A DNA stretch of 64,000 nucleotides from Candidatus Poriferisocius sp. (GTDB taxonomy: Bacteria > Actinomycetota > Acidimicrobiia > Acidimicrobiales > Bin134), in contig OZ242341.1 of the NCBI GenBank assembly GCA_965208545.1, positions 543,380 through 607,379 of the forward strand, read 5' to 3'. This document shows positions 53,125-61,344 of the stretch, piece by piece. The stretch's first letter is position 1. Every line of letters begins with the position of its first letter. The notes under the pieces were generated by a model, which saw only the letters and a list, made by a program, of their open reading frames with translations, made no database searches and had not been told where the DNA came from. A program made the translations under genes and the position numbers.

Positions 53125-55076
53125 TTCAATGGAGGTCCGTGTTCTGAGCGTTCTTGCATTGACGAAGTTCTCTCTGGGGACCCTTCCGCCGACGATCCGA
53201 GGTAGGCGGCCTGCACCGAGGGGTCGGCTTGGATCTCCTCGGGGGTGCCTGTGGCGATGACCGAACCGCGGTCGAGGCAGTAGATGCGGTCGCAGATGCC
53301 GATGATGAAGTCCAAGTCGTGGTCGATCACCACCACGCCGGCGCCCACCAGCGCGGCCATGGTCTGCACCTGCTCGACCATGGCCAACGACTCAGTGTCG
53401 CTCATGCCTGAGGTGGGCTCATCGAGCAGCAGGAACAACGGCCGGGCGGCGGCGGCCCGGGCCAGCTCCAGCCGGCGGGAATTGCCGTAGTCGAGCTCGC
53501 TGGCTCTCCGGTCCCGGTGGTCCCACAATCCGGCGGCGGCCACCAAAACGTCGGTTTCGGGGGTGGAGCGGTCGTCGTGTTCGGCGATGGCCACCAAACG
53601 GGTCACCTCGACGTTCTCTCGTACGGTGAGCGATCCGAACAGCCGGAGGTTCTGGAAGGTGCGGACCAGGCCGGCTCGGGCGACCTCATGCGACGGGGTG
53701 CCGATGAGATCAACACCGTTCAACTTCACTTGGCCTGACGTGGCGGGAACGAGCCCGGTGATGACGTTGAGCATCGTGGTCTTGCCCGCGCCGTTTGGGC
53801 CGATGATGCCCACCACCTCACCGCTGCTCACCTCAAAGCCCGACTGGGAGAGCGCTTGGAACCCGCCAAAGACCACGCTGACATCGCTTACTTCCAGCCG
53901 GGCCTCTTGGTCGGCTCCCATGGTGGCCTGCGGTACAGGGGGCGCACTTTGGGTCCTGGTGAATCGACGGTAGAGCCATTCGTCGAATTCCCAGTCGCTG
54001 AGAATGCCCTTGGGCCGCCAGATCATGAAACCGAGCATGGCCACGCCGAGGAACACGGTTTGGAGGTTCTCCCGGAAGATCCAGTCCAGCGGCTCGCTGT
54101 CGAGCCCGAGGCCGAAGACTTCGAACCCGTCTTGGCCCATTCGGCGGGCCAATTCCCGTCCCACCGTGATCACAGCCACGCCGAACAGCGCCCCGGTGAC
54201 GCTGTTGCGACCTCCCACAATGAGCATTGTCAGCGTCAACAAGGTGAAGAAGAAAAAGAAGTCTTCGGGGAGGAGCGAGCCATCCTCATACACCTTCAAG
54301 CTGGCCCCCACCGACACCACGGCCACCGAAGTCAACAAAGCGATCATTTGTTGCACCAAGGGGTTCACGCCCATGGCCCGGGCCGCCAAGTCGTCCTCCC
54401 GCCCTGCCTTTGCCAGTCGGCCCCGCCGACTCTGGGCAAAGAGACGGGCCAGCACCAGCGCACCGGCCAGCGCCAAATAGATGGGTACACGGGTGTCGAG
54501 CTTGCCCCCGATGCGGAACGACAGACCGGCGCGCTCTCCACCAGTTAACTCCGGCCAATGACGGGCCACCTCGTGGGTGACAAACAACAGGGCGAGAGTG
54601 ATGACGGTGGCAGCTACCGCTCCCGACTCAGCCCCGGAGCGAGCCAAACCGATGCCTACGAAAAAGGCCACCACCACCGTGACGGCGATGGCGACGCCTA
54701 CTGCGCCCCAAGAACCCATGTCCACATCGGTCAGCCCCAGTGGTGCATCGGGAATGCGCTTGACCTTTTCGGCTGGGGCGATGGCAAAGATGGCGAACGT
54801 GTAGCCGGCGATTGCCCCGAACCCGATATGCCCAAACGACAGCACCCCGGTGTTTCCGACGTAGATCTGGATGCCCAGCACGATGATGGCGTTGATCATG
54901 GCGGTGGTGACCAGACGCTCGCCCGCTCCGCCGAAATAGCTCTGATACAGCAACCCGAAGGCAATGAAGACTCCGAACAGCAGCCCCACCCCGACAATGG
55001 GGAAGGCCACGTCACGGCGCAAGTTGGGGAACATCCCCGCGTGGGCGGCATTGGGGCCGCGCGGCTCAGCCATCAC
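53121..55076 (-). CDS. fused LivM-like permease + LivG-like ABC ATPase
   Basis: Hydrophobic N-terminal half. The C-terminal half has GPNGAGKTT and LLLDEPT. The start is GTG 55076 or ATG 55073. Confidence 0.85.
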   Translation of the reverse strand: MMAEPRGPNAAHAGMFPNLRRDVAFPIVGVGLLFGVFIAFGLLYQSYFGGAGERLVTTAMINAIIVLGIQIYVGNTGVLSFGHIGFGAIAGYTFAIFAIAPAEKVKRIPDAPLGLTDVDMGSWGAVGVAIAVTVVVAFFVGIGLARSGAESGAVAATVITLALLFVTHEVARHWPELTGGERAGLSFRIGGKLDTRVPIYLALAGALVLARLFAQSRRGRLAKAGREDDLAARAMGVNPLVQQMIALLTSVAVVSVGASLKVYEDGSLLPEDFFFFFTLLTLTMLIVGGRNSVTGALFGVAVITVGRELARRMGQDGFEVFGLGLDSEPLDWIFRENLQTVFLGVAMLGFMIWRPKGILSDWEFDEWLYRRFTRTQSAPPVPQATMGADQEARLEVSDVSVVFGGFQALSQSGFEVSSGEVVGIIGPNGAGKTTMLNVITGLVPATSGQVKLNGVDLIGTPSHEVARAGLVRTFQNLRLFGSLTVRENVEVTRLVAIAEHDDRSTPETDVLVAAAGLWDHRDRRASELDYGNSRRLELARAAAARPLFLLLDEPTSGMSDTESLAMVEQVQTMAALVGAGVVVIDHDLDFIIGICDRIYCLDRGSVIATGTPEEIQADPSVQAAYLGSSAEGSPERTSSMQERSEHGPPLK

Positions 55077-55960
55077 ACTCGCTCCGCGTGGGCTACCCGA
55101 ATGAGGCCCTGCGGCCGGAAGATGAACAGCAGGGCGATCAGCAAGAACACGAATCCCTCGGTCAGGCTGGCCACCGAATCGGGCAGCCGAGACCGCAACA
55201 GAACCTCAGCCAGGCCGAGCACGAAGCCACCCAGCACTGCGCCTCGCAGACTGCCCAAGCCCCCGATCAGCGCGGCCAGCACCCCCTTGAGCATGGGAGT
55301 GATCCCGACAGTTGGAGTGGTGTGCCCTGATCGCATGAGCCAAAACACGCCGGCAATACCGGCCAGCAGGCCAGAGAGGGCAAATGCCCCCCGGATCACC
55401 GTGTCGGAGCGCACCCCCATGAGCCGGGCGGTATCGAAGTCGGCGGCGGCCGCTCGGAGGGCCAGTCCGAACATGGTGCGCTGAACGAGCCAGGACGTGC
55501 CCAACAGGGTCACCAGCGTCACCCCGATCACCACCGCGTCGTAAACCTCAACGTTCAGCGAACCGACCGGGAAGGTGTTGGCAACCCATCCTGGTTCTGA
55601 GAACGTCTTGACCGACGCGGACACGTAGAGCAAGAAGATGGCCGACACCACGAAATGGACGCCGAAAGACGTCAACAACAGGGTGAAGTCGGAGCTGCCT
55701 CGGACCCGGCTGAATGCCACCCGCTCGATCACCAGCGAAGTGACGATGGCGGTGCCGATGATGACCGGGGCGACCAGGTACCACGACCAGCCCTCATTGA
55801 TGGTCCAGAACGCCACATAGCCCGAGACGGTGATCAACTCGCCATGGGCGAAGTTGAGCAGGTGCATGACGCCGAAGATCACCGCCACGCCCAGGGCCAG
55901 CAGGGCGTAAATGCTGCCCCGACCTAGGCCGTCGATGAGGTTCTGGAGCAGCTCGGTCAT
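55073..55960 (-). CDS. LivH-like branched-chain-amino-acid ABC permease
   Basis: GSIYALLALGVAVIFGVMHLLNFAHGE signature. ATGA overlap with the upstream gene. Confidence 0.85.
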   Translation of the reverse strand: MTELLQNLIDGLGRGSIYALLALGVAVIFGVMHLLNFAHGELITVSGYVAFWTINEGWSWYLVAPVIIGTAIVTSLVIERVAFSRVRGSSDFTLLLTSFGVHFVVSAIFLLYVSASVKTFSEPGWVANTFPVGSLNVEVYDAVVIGVTLVTLLGTSWLVQRTMFGLALRAAAADFDTARLMGVRSDTVIRGAFALSGLLAGIAGVFWLMRSGHTTPTVGITPMLKGVLAALIGGLGSLRGAVLGGFVLGLAEVLLRSRLPDSVASLTEGFVFLLIALLFIFRPQGLIRVAHAERV

Positions 55961-56667
55961 TGCCCGTTGCCTCCGACGAAGGTGTCGAACAGGTCGGGGC
56001 GCTCCCGCAGCTCAGCTCCCGTCCCTTCGGCCACGATCTCCCCTGATCGCAGCACGTAGGCCCGGTCGGCCACCTCCAGCATGCGAGTGGCGTTCTGCTC
56101 CACCACCAGCAGGGTTCGCCCTTGGCTCCGGAGGGACTCGATCAGCTCGAACACCACATCCACCAGCACGGGGGCCAGCCCCAGCGAGGGCTCGTCCATC
56201 ATCAGCAGTCGGGGCTTGGACATCAGGGCCCGGGCGATGGCCAGCTGCTGGGACTCCCCGCCCGAGAGATAGCCCGCGGCCACCGTCCGCTTTTCTCGCA
56301 ACACCGGGAACCGTTCACCCATCTCGTCGAGCAAATCGGCCCGCTCGTCGCGGGACTGGGTGATGCCGCCGATCTTCAGGTTCTCCTCCACGGTGAGGTC
56401 GCCGAAGATCCGCCGATGCTCGGGGACCAACGCCACACCGAGGCGCAGCAGCTTCTCCGGAGAGTGGCCGGTGATGTCGGCCCCCTCGAAGGTGACCGAT
56501 CCGGCCGCGGGGGAGAGCAGCCCGGCGATCGAACCTAGAAGCGTGGTCTTTCCGGCGCCGTTGGGTCCGATGAGGCCGACCACCTCACCGGACCCAACAC
56601 GCAGACCGGCGTCTCGAAGCGCTGAGATCGCACCGTAGCGGGTAGTCAATCTCGAGACTTCGAGCAT
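55957..56667 (-). CDS. LivF-like ABC ATPase
   Basis: [16 protein letters not shown] and LLMMDEPS. Confidence 0.9.
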   Translation of the reverse strand: MLEVSRLTTRYGAISALRDAGLRVGSGEVVGLIGPNGAGKTTLLGSIAGLLSPAAGSVTFEGADITGHSPEKLLRLGVALVPEHRRIFGDLTVEENLKIGGITQSRDERADLLDEMGERFPVLREKRTVAAGYLSGGESQQLAIARALMSKPRLLMMDEPSLGLAPVLVDVVFELIESLRSQGRTLLVVEQNATRMLEVADRAYVLRSGEIVAEGTGAELRERPDLFDTFVGGNGQ

Positions 56668-56714
56668 GGTGCTAATCGTATGTGAGCAACAGGCCTGAGT
56701 TTTTCGGCCTGCGG

Positions 56715-58022
56715 TTACCCGATGGTGGCAACCAGGGTGTCCACGCCGTCGACGATCCGGTTGATCGGCACAGCCTTGGGTGGGATGCCGTTGGTGCCAG
56801 CGAAGGTGATCTCACCGGTCAGGCCCTGGAAGCCCTCGATCTGGGCCACCGCGGCGCCGATGTCGGCCGGGTTGGTGCAACCGCAGTCCAGGATGCCCTG
56901 AATGCCCAGGAACATCGAGTCCACATACAGAGCCATGAAGCCCCGGCTATCCAGCGCCTCACCTTTGGCCGCTTCGTAGTCGGCCAGCATGGTGTCGATG
57001 CGGTCGCCCGGGGCGATGCTGGTATGCGGAGTGTGGGCAATGCCCTCGTTGTTGGCCTCGAATTGGATGCCGGTGGCGTCCAAGGCGTCAGTGCCGATGT
57101 AGGTCAAGCCGTCGAGGCCTTGACCCTCAAGCTGGCCCCGCAGTGCGGTGACCTGGAATCCGAGGGCAGCGGAGAACACCACCTCGTTGTTCTGGGAGAC
57201 GCCAACAATCTCGTTTACCTGGGCCGAGAAGTCGGTGTCAACCGCCCACACGTAGGTCTGGACGCTGACCACCTCGCCGCCGAGTTCTTCGAACTTGGCG
57301 ATGAAGGCATCGGGATTCACGCCGGTGTAGGGGATACCCTCGCCCTCGGTGAACACGATGGCCCGGGTGATGCCCTGGTCATAGGCCCACTGGGCCGCCG
57401 CCCCGGACATGCCGAAGTCGTCGAAGGTCACCAGGAACGAGTTGATTGAGGCGTCGGCCAGAGTCGGCTCGGTCGAGGCGGCCACGAACAGCGGGACCTG
57501 GCCTTCGGTGGTCTGGAGGATCGGCAGGGCGAAGTCGGCGAACGGCGGGCCAATCAGGAAGTGAGCGCCCCAGTCCAGGAGCTCCTGAGTAGCCAGCACG
57601 GCGTCGTCGCCCACCTCGGCCACTCGAACCTCAACGGGAGAGCCGTTGATACCGCCAGTGCAGTTGACCTTTTCGGCGATGAACGGCACCAGTTTCGAGC
57701 CGGGGATGTCCACGAACCCGACCACGTCGCTGAAGTCCATGGCCATGCCCACCCGAATGGGATCGCCGGTGGGCGGTGCGGCGCAGTTGTTCAGATCGGC
57801 GGCCAGGATGCCGTCGATGTCGATGCTGTCGGCCATTGGCTCCGGCTCAGGCTCCGGTTCCGGGGCGGGCGCCTCGGTTGGGGCCGGGGCCGGAGCCTCC
57901 GTGGGAGCTTCGGTTGGTGCGGGCGCCGGTGCGGCACCGTCGCCATCGTCATTGCCGCAGGCGGACACCACCAAGGCGAATACCGCCAGCAAAGCGATCA
58001 AGAACTTGAACTTGAGTTTCAT
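56715..58022 (-). CDS. ABC substrate-binding lipoprotein (Leu/Ile/Val-binding family)
   Basis: Lipobox VVSACG, a PAPTEAP/PEPEP linker and a type I periplasmic-binding-protein body. GAGGAGGGGG RBS. Confidence 0.85.
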   Translation of the reverse strand: MKLKFKFLIALLAVFALVVSACGNDDGDGAAPAPAPTEAPTEAPAPAPTEAPAPEPEPEPEPMADSIDIDGILAADLNNCAAPPTGDPIRVGMAMDFSDVVGFVDIPGSKLVPFIAEKVNCTGGINGSPVEVRVAEVGDDAVLATQELLDWGAHFLIGPPFADFALPILQTTEGQVPLFVAASTEPTLADASINSFLVTFDDFGMSGAAAQWAYDQGITRAIVFTEGEGIPYTGVNPDAFIAKFEELGGEVVSVQTYVWAVDTDFSAQVNEIVGVSQNNEVVFSAALGFQVTALRGQLEGQGLDGLTYIGTDALDATGIQFEANNEGIAHTPHTSIAPGDRIDTMLADYEAAKGEALDSRGFMALYVDSMFLGIQGILDCGCTNPADIGAAVAQIEGFQGLTGEITFAGTNGIPPKAVPINRIVDGVDTLVATIG

Positions 58023-58062
58023 GAACTCCCCCTCCTCGGTCAGGTTTCGCGAACCTTACGGG

Positions 58063-58086
58063 AAAAGTCGTTTGGGAGCAAACGAC
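58063..58086 (-). terminator. intrinsic-terminator-like hairpin (also a possible 5'-leader attenuator)
   Basis: On the minus strand: GTCGTTTG-CTCC-CAAACGAC followed directly by TTTT. It lies between the NicX-like gene stop (58140) and the binding-protein gene start (58022). Confidence 0.45.
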
Positions 58087-58087
58087 C

Positions 58088-58099
58088 TTTGTATACAAA
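58088..58099. promoter_or_regulatory. perfect 12-bp palindrome TTTGTATACAAA, a GntR-type operator candidate
   Basis: It sits in the only AT-rich stretch I noticed in the window. The core TTGTATACAA equals the core of the classical B. subtilis GntR operator, as recalled. It lies just downstream of the putative -10 element. Confidence 0.55.
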
Positions 58100-58103
58100 A
58101 TTA

Positions 58104-58132
58104 AAAATACAGATTATGGCTGATGCTGTCAA
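58104..58132 (-). promoter_or_regulatory. candidate sigma-70-like promoter TTGACA-17 nt-TATTTT for the transporter/catabolic array
   Basis: On the minus strand, TTGACA is at 58132-58127, followed by a 17-nt spacer and TATTTT at 58109-58104. Confidence 0.35.
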
Positions 58133-58139
58133 TGGCTCT

Positions 58140-59180
58140 TCATGAAGGCAGCAGTTCGGCGGCCAACTCGCCTGCCACCACCACGGGATTGCCGTCCAAA
58201 GTCACCGTGCAGCCCCGCATGGGCAGGTCAAAGTGGCCTCGGCAATATCGCCCCGCCACCTCGTTGGCCCCGGTCGAGTACAAGAAGTTGCCGGCGAATG
58301 CTCGGAGCTCGGTCCCGTTGTGGTCGGCCTTGTCCCACAGGGCCATGGCCTCCCACCGGGCCGAGGTGTTCATGCCCCAACCCACGTGGCTCACGGCATA
58401 GGCGTCAGGCTCATCGAAGGCAGCCAGATAGGAGCGGAACAACTCGGCGTCCACCCCGCTCCCCTCGATGGCGGTGATGTAGTCGTCCACCACGGTCAGA
58501 GTCACCGGGTCGCGGACGTACTCCTTGAAGGTGAGGTTCACGTCGCCGGGAGCCAGCACCACCGTGCCGTTCACTTTCCCCGAGGCGGGGAACGCCAGCA
58601 CCAGACCGCCGGGCCAGTGGGCGATGGTCCCTGGATCGGTACACCAGCCGTGCGACCCGGCCCGCACCGCGCCGGCGAGGTCGACGGTCAGGTCGGTGCC
58701 CGCGTCGGAGGCCACCTCCATCACTTCGGCCTGTTCCAACAGGGCGACCCCGGCAGCCACTCGATCAGCCAGGGCCGGATCATGGGGCCACCGCTCGGTG
58801 TTCTCGGGATGCTCGTTGGAGATCATCAGCACCCGGGCCCCGCTGGCCAAGATCTGGCCGAGCTCGGGAGCGTGGAGCAGCCCCTCCACCGTGCAGTCCA
58901 CGATGAACTCGGCGTTGGTCAGCGCCCCTATTGCCGCTGGGTTGGCGGCCAGCGCCACCGACGCTCCGGTGGAGCGGATGGGCAGCGGCCCCGGGTTGGG
59001 CGGGGTGGTGACCACGACGTCGACGGGGGTAACCCCGCATTGCGACAGGGCCAGGCGGGCGGTCTGCACGATCTCGGGTCGGCTCCGGGTCTCCGACAGC
59101 ACAACCGCAGTCTCGGTGGGAACCAGCTTGCAGGCTTCGAACTGCTCGGCGTATCGCCTCACCCAGGCGCTCTCGATCAT
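58140..59180 (-). CDS. 2,5-dihydroxypyridine 5,6-dioxygenase (NicX)-like / aminopeptidase-T-fold ring-cleavage enzyme
   Basis: HWPGGLVLAFP..GTVVLAPGD..YAVSHVGWGMN..RAFAGNFLYSTG..HFDLPMRGCTVTLDG closely parallels the recalled P. putida NicX motifs (HWPSGFLFTWP, ISHIGWGL, RAFYGNFLFSTG, HLDIPLRNC). The internal ATG 59180 is chosen. Confidence 0.7.
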   Translation of the reverse strand: MIESAWVRRYAEQFEACKLVPTETAVVLSETRSRPEIVQTARLALSQCGVTPVDVVVTTPPNPGPLPIRSTGASVALAANPAAIGALTNAEFIVDCTVEGLLHAPELGQILASGARVLMISNEHPENTERWPHDPALADRVAAGVALLEQAEVMEVASDAGTDLTVDLAGAVRAGSHGWCTDPGTIAHWPGGLVLAFPASGKVNGTVVLAPGDVNLTFKEYVRDPVTLTVVDDYITAIEGSGVDAELFRSYLAAFDEPDAYAVSHVGWGMNTSARWEAMALWDKADHNGTELRAFAGNFLYSTGANEVAGRYCRGHFDLPMRGCTVTLDGNPVVVAGELAAELLPS

Positions 59181-59196
59181 CGATGATCGCCCTTGC

Positions 59197-60408
59197 TCAC
59201 ACCGGGGTCTCGGTGGCGTCGTCGAAGAGGCCGGCGCGGCCCAGGCGCTCCAGGCACACATCCATGCTCCAAGGGTGCATGGCCGCGCCGCATCGGGCGT
59301 CGCGGTAGAACTGCTCCAGACGAGACGGCCGCAGCAGCGCCCGTCCCCCGCACACCCGCAGCGCGAGGGAGGCGAGCTGCGGAGCGCCGTCCATGGTGGA
59401 GACCATCGAGCTCCACGCCCGCCGCACCGCATCTGGCTCAGGATCGACGCCAGACTCGGCCAGCACTCGATAGCACAGCGCTTGGGCCCGGTCGTAGATG
59501 AGGTTCATTTCGGCCCAGCCCTGCTGCTTGATGGGGTTGGAGCGCCGGGCGGTGGTTTCGCCGTCTCCGATGAGGTATTCGGCAGTGGCGTCCATGATGG
59601 CTCCCATCAGGCCGAGGTAGGCGAACGACAGGGTCATGAAGAAGTACGGCCAGCGGGCCGCGGCCTGATCGAACATCCCCGTGGGGATCCACTCCCGCTC
59701 GGCGGGGACGAACACATCCTCCAGCACCAGGTTTCGGGAATCGGTGGCCCGCATGCCCAGTGAATCCCACTCGCCCTCGATGTGCAGGCCGTCGGAGTCG
59801 GCGGCCACCCCCAGCAGGCGCACCCTGGGGTCGCCTTCGACGACGCACACGACGTTGTGGATGTCGGCCGCCCCGCTGAGCGAAGCGAATATCTTCCGAC
59901 CGCTTACCCGGTAGCCATTGTCAACGGGAACGGCGGTGGTGGCGTACCCCTCGGTGGCCCCAGCGGCGATCCCCTCGGAGAAAGGCTGGCTGTGGATGCG
60001 TCCATGCTCGACGATGCCCTGCCACAGCTCGGCCCGACGTGAGAGCAGCGCGGACCGATCTTGGGAGTCGAGCTCCATGTCGTCGGCGATCTGGCCCACC
60101 AGCAGCGTGGTGCACACGTGCATGTTGAACGTCAGCCCGGTGGCGGCACAGTGTCGCCCGAGTTCCTCGGACGCCAGGGCATAGCCCACGAAGTCGGCGC
60201 CCAAGCCGCCCGCCGATTTGGGAATGCAGATAGCTAGCAAGCCGGCGTCGGCCAGGTCCTGCCAATTCTCATAGGGAAAGGCCGCATCGCGGTCGTACTT
60301 TGCCGACCTTGCCGCTAGCGCCGGCCCTAATGCTCGAACCCGCTCCACGACGGCTTCCCGCTCTGGGGTCAGCACACCGTCGCGCGCCGCGAGATCGGCA
60401 AGCGTCAC
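59197..60408 (-). CDS. acyl-CoA-dehydrogenase-fold protein (possibly a flavin-dependent monooxygenase)
   Basis: ACAD-like N-terminal and middle domains (AGLLAICIPKSAGGLG). GTG start at 60408. Confidence 0.65.
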   Translation of the reverse strand: MTLADLAARDGVLTPEREAVVERVRALGPALAARSAKYDRDAAFPYENWQDLADAGLLAICIPKSAGGLGADFVGYALASEELGRHCAATGLTFNMHVCTTLLVGQIADDMELDSQDRSALLSRRAELWQGIVEHGRIHSQPFSEGIAAGATEGYATTAVPVDNGYRVSGRKIFASLSGAADIHNVVCVVEGDPRVRLLGVAADSDGLHIEGEWDSLGMRATDSRNLVLEDVFVPAEREWIPTGMFDQAAARWPYFFMTLSFAYLGLMGAIMDATAEYLIGDGETTARRSNPIKQQGWAEMNLIYDRAQALCYRVLAESGVDPEPDAVRRAWSSMVSTMDGAPQLASLALRVCGGRALLRPSRLEQFYRDARCGAAMHPWSMDVCLERLGRAGLFDDATETPV

Positions 60409-60499
60409 TGGGTTGCCTCACATTTTTCGGCAGCAAAACCGTTTTCCACAGCCTCGACTCTATTTCCAGGATGTCGTGGAGCGTTAGCCCAGTTGAATC

Positions 60500-60513
60500 G
60501 TTTGGTACCAAAC
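60500..60513. promoter_or_regulatory. perfect 14-bp palindrome GTTTGGTACCAAAC, a GntR/FadR-type operator candidate
   Basis: It lies in the divergent intergenic region, 37 nt upstream of ATG 60550. It shares the TTTG.TA.CAAA frame with the palindrome at 58088. Confidence 0.5.
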
Positions 60514-60549
60514 AAATATACTGCCGACGTGGCCGAACTTGAGGGGTTC

Positions 60550-61344
60550 ATGTATCCCCGTACGCCGACTGGCGCCGGAAGCATTCTGCCCGGTCCGCCG
60601 TGGCACTACTCGGGCGACATGTTGACCGTGGAGTTCCGCACTGATCCGGCCAACGTGGCCGAGCTGCTTCCCGAGCCGCTGGAGCTGGTCGACGACGATC
60701 CCGGTGCCGTCGCCCTCATCTGGGCCGATTGGCAGAGTTGCAGCGACAGTTTCGAGGAGATCCTCGATCCGGCCCGAGCCCAGTACAAAGAGGTGTTCTT
60801 GGTGGTGCGATGCTCCTACCAGGGCCAGATCTTTAGCAGGGCGGCCTATATCTGGGTAGACAAGGACTTCGCCATGGCCCGGGGCCACATCCAGGGCTAT
60901 CCCAAGAAGATGAGCGAGATCTGGATGACTCGGCCGGTGGCCTACGGCAAGGCCGGACCCCGCCTCGAGCCTGGCGGGCGGTTTGGCGCCACCCTCAGCA
61001 CATGGGGGCGGCGGATCGCCGAGGCCCGGTTCACCATCCGGGGCACCGCCGAGTCGCCCGGATTCGTCAACAGCCATCCCATGCTTCACAGCCGCCAAAT
61101 GCCGGCCATCGAGATGGACGGGCGTGACTCTCTGGACGAGCTGGTGACAATGCGGGGCTATGACGCCGACCTCGGCCCCGTGTTCAGCGGCGACGCGGAG
61201 CTGGTGCTGCCGGAGAATCCCACCGAGGAGCTCACCCGCTTGGCGCCCACCGAGGTCATCGGCGGCTACTACCGGCAAGTGGGCAACTCCATGGCTGGGG
61301 GCACCACGCTGTGGGCCGCCCCCAACCCAATGGAATCCGAGTGA
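60550..61344 (+). CDS. acetoacetate decarboxylase (ADC) family protein
   Basis: GAGGGG RBS. N-terminal PGPPWHYSGDMLTVEFRTDP and a beta-cone-like layout typical of the ADC family. Confidence 0.7.
   Translation: MYPRTPTGAGSILPGPPWHYSGDMLTVEFRTDPANVAELLPEPLELVDDDPGAVALIWADWQSCSDSFEEILDPARAQYKEVFLVVRCSYQGQIFSRAAYIWVDKDFAMARGHIQGYPKKMSEIWMTRPVAYGKAGPRLEPGGRFGATLSTWGRRIAEARFTIRGTAESPGFVNSHPMLHSRQMPAIEMDGRDSLDELVTMRGYDADLGPVFSGDAELVLPENPTEELTRLAPTEVIGGYYRQVGNSMAGGTTLWAAPNPMESE

Noticed and set aside
60435-60460. Weak resemblance to the 26-nt motif (AAAAC cg TTTTCC acagcc TCGACTC)
   Set aside because: There are two mismatches in the core blocks and the third block does not match. It is not counted as a motif copy. 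A similar partial match near 30205-30230 lies within a gene junction on the wrong strand.
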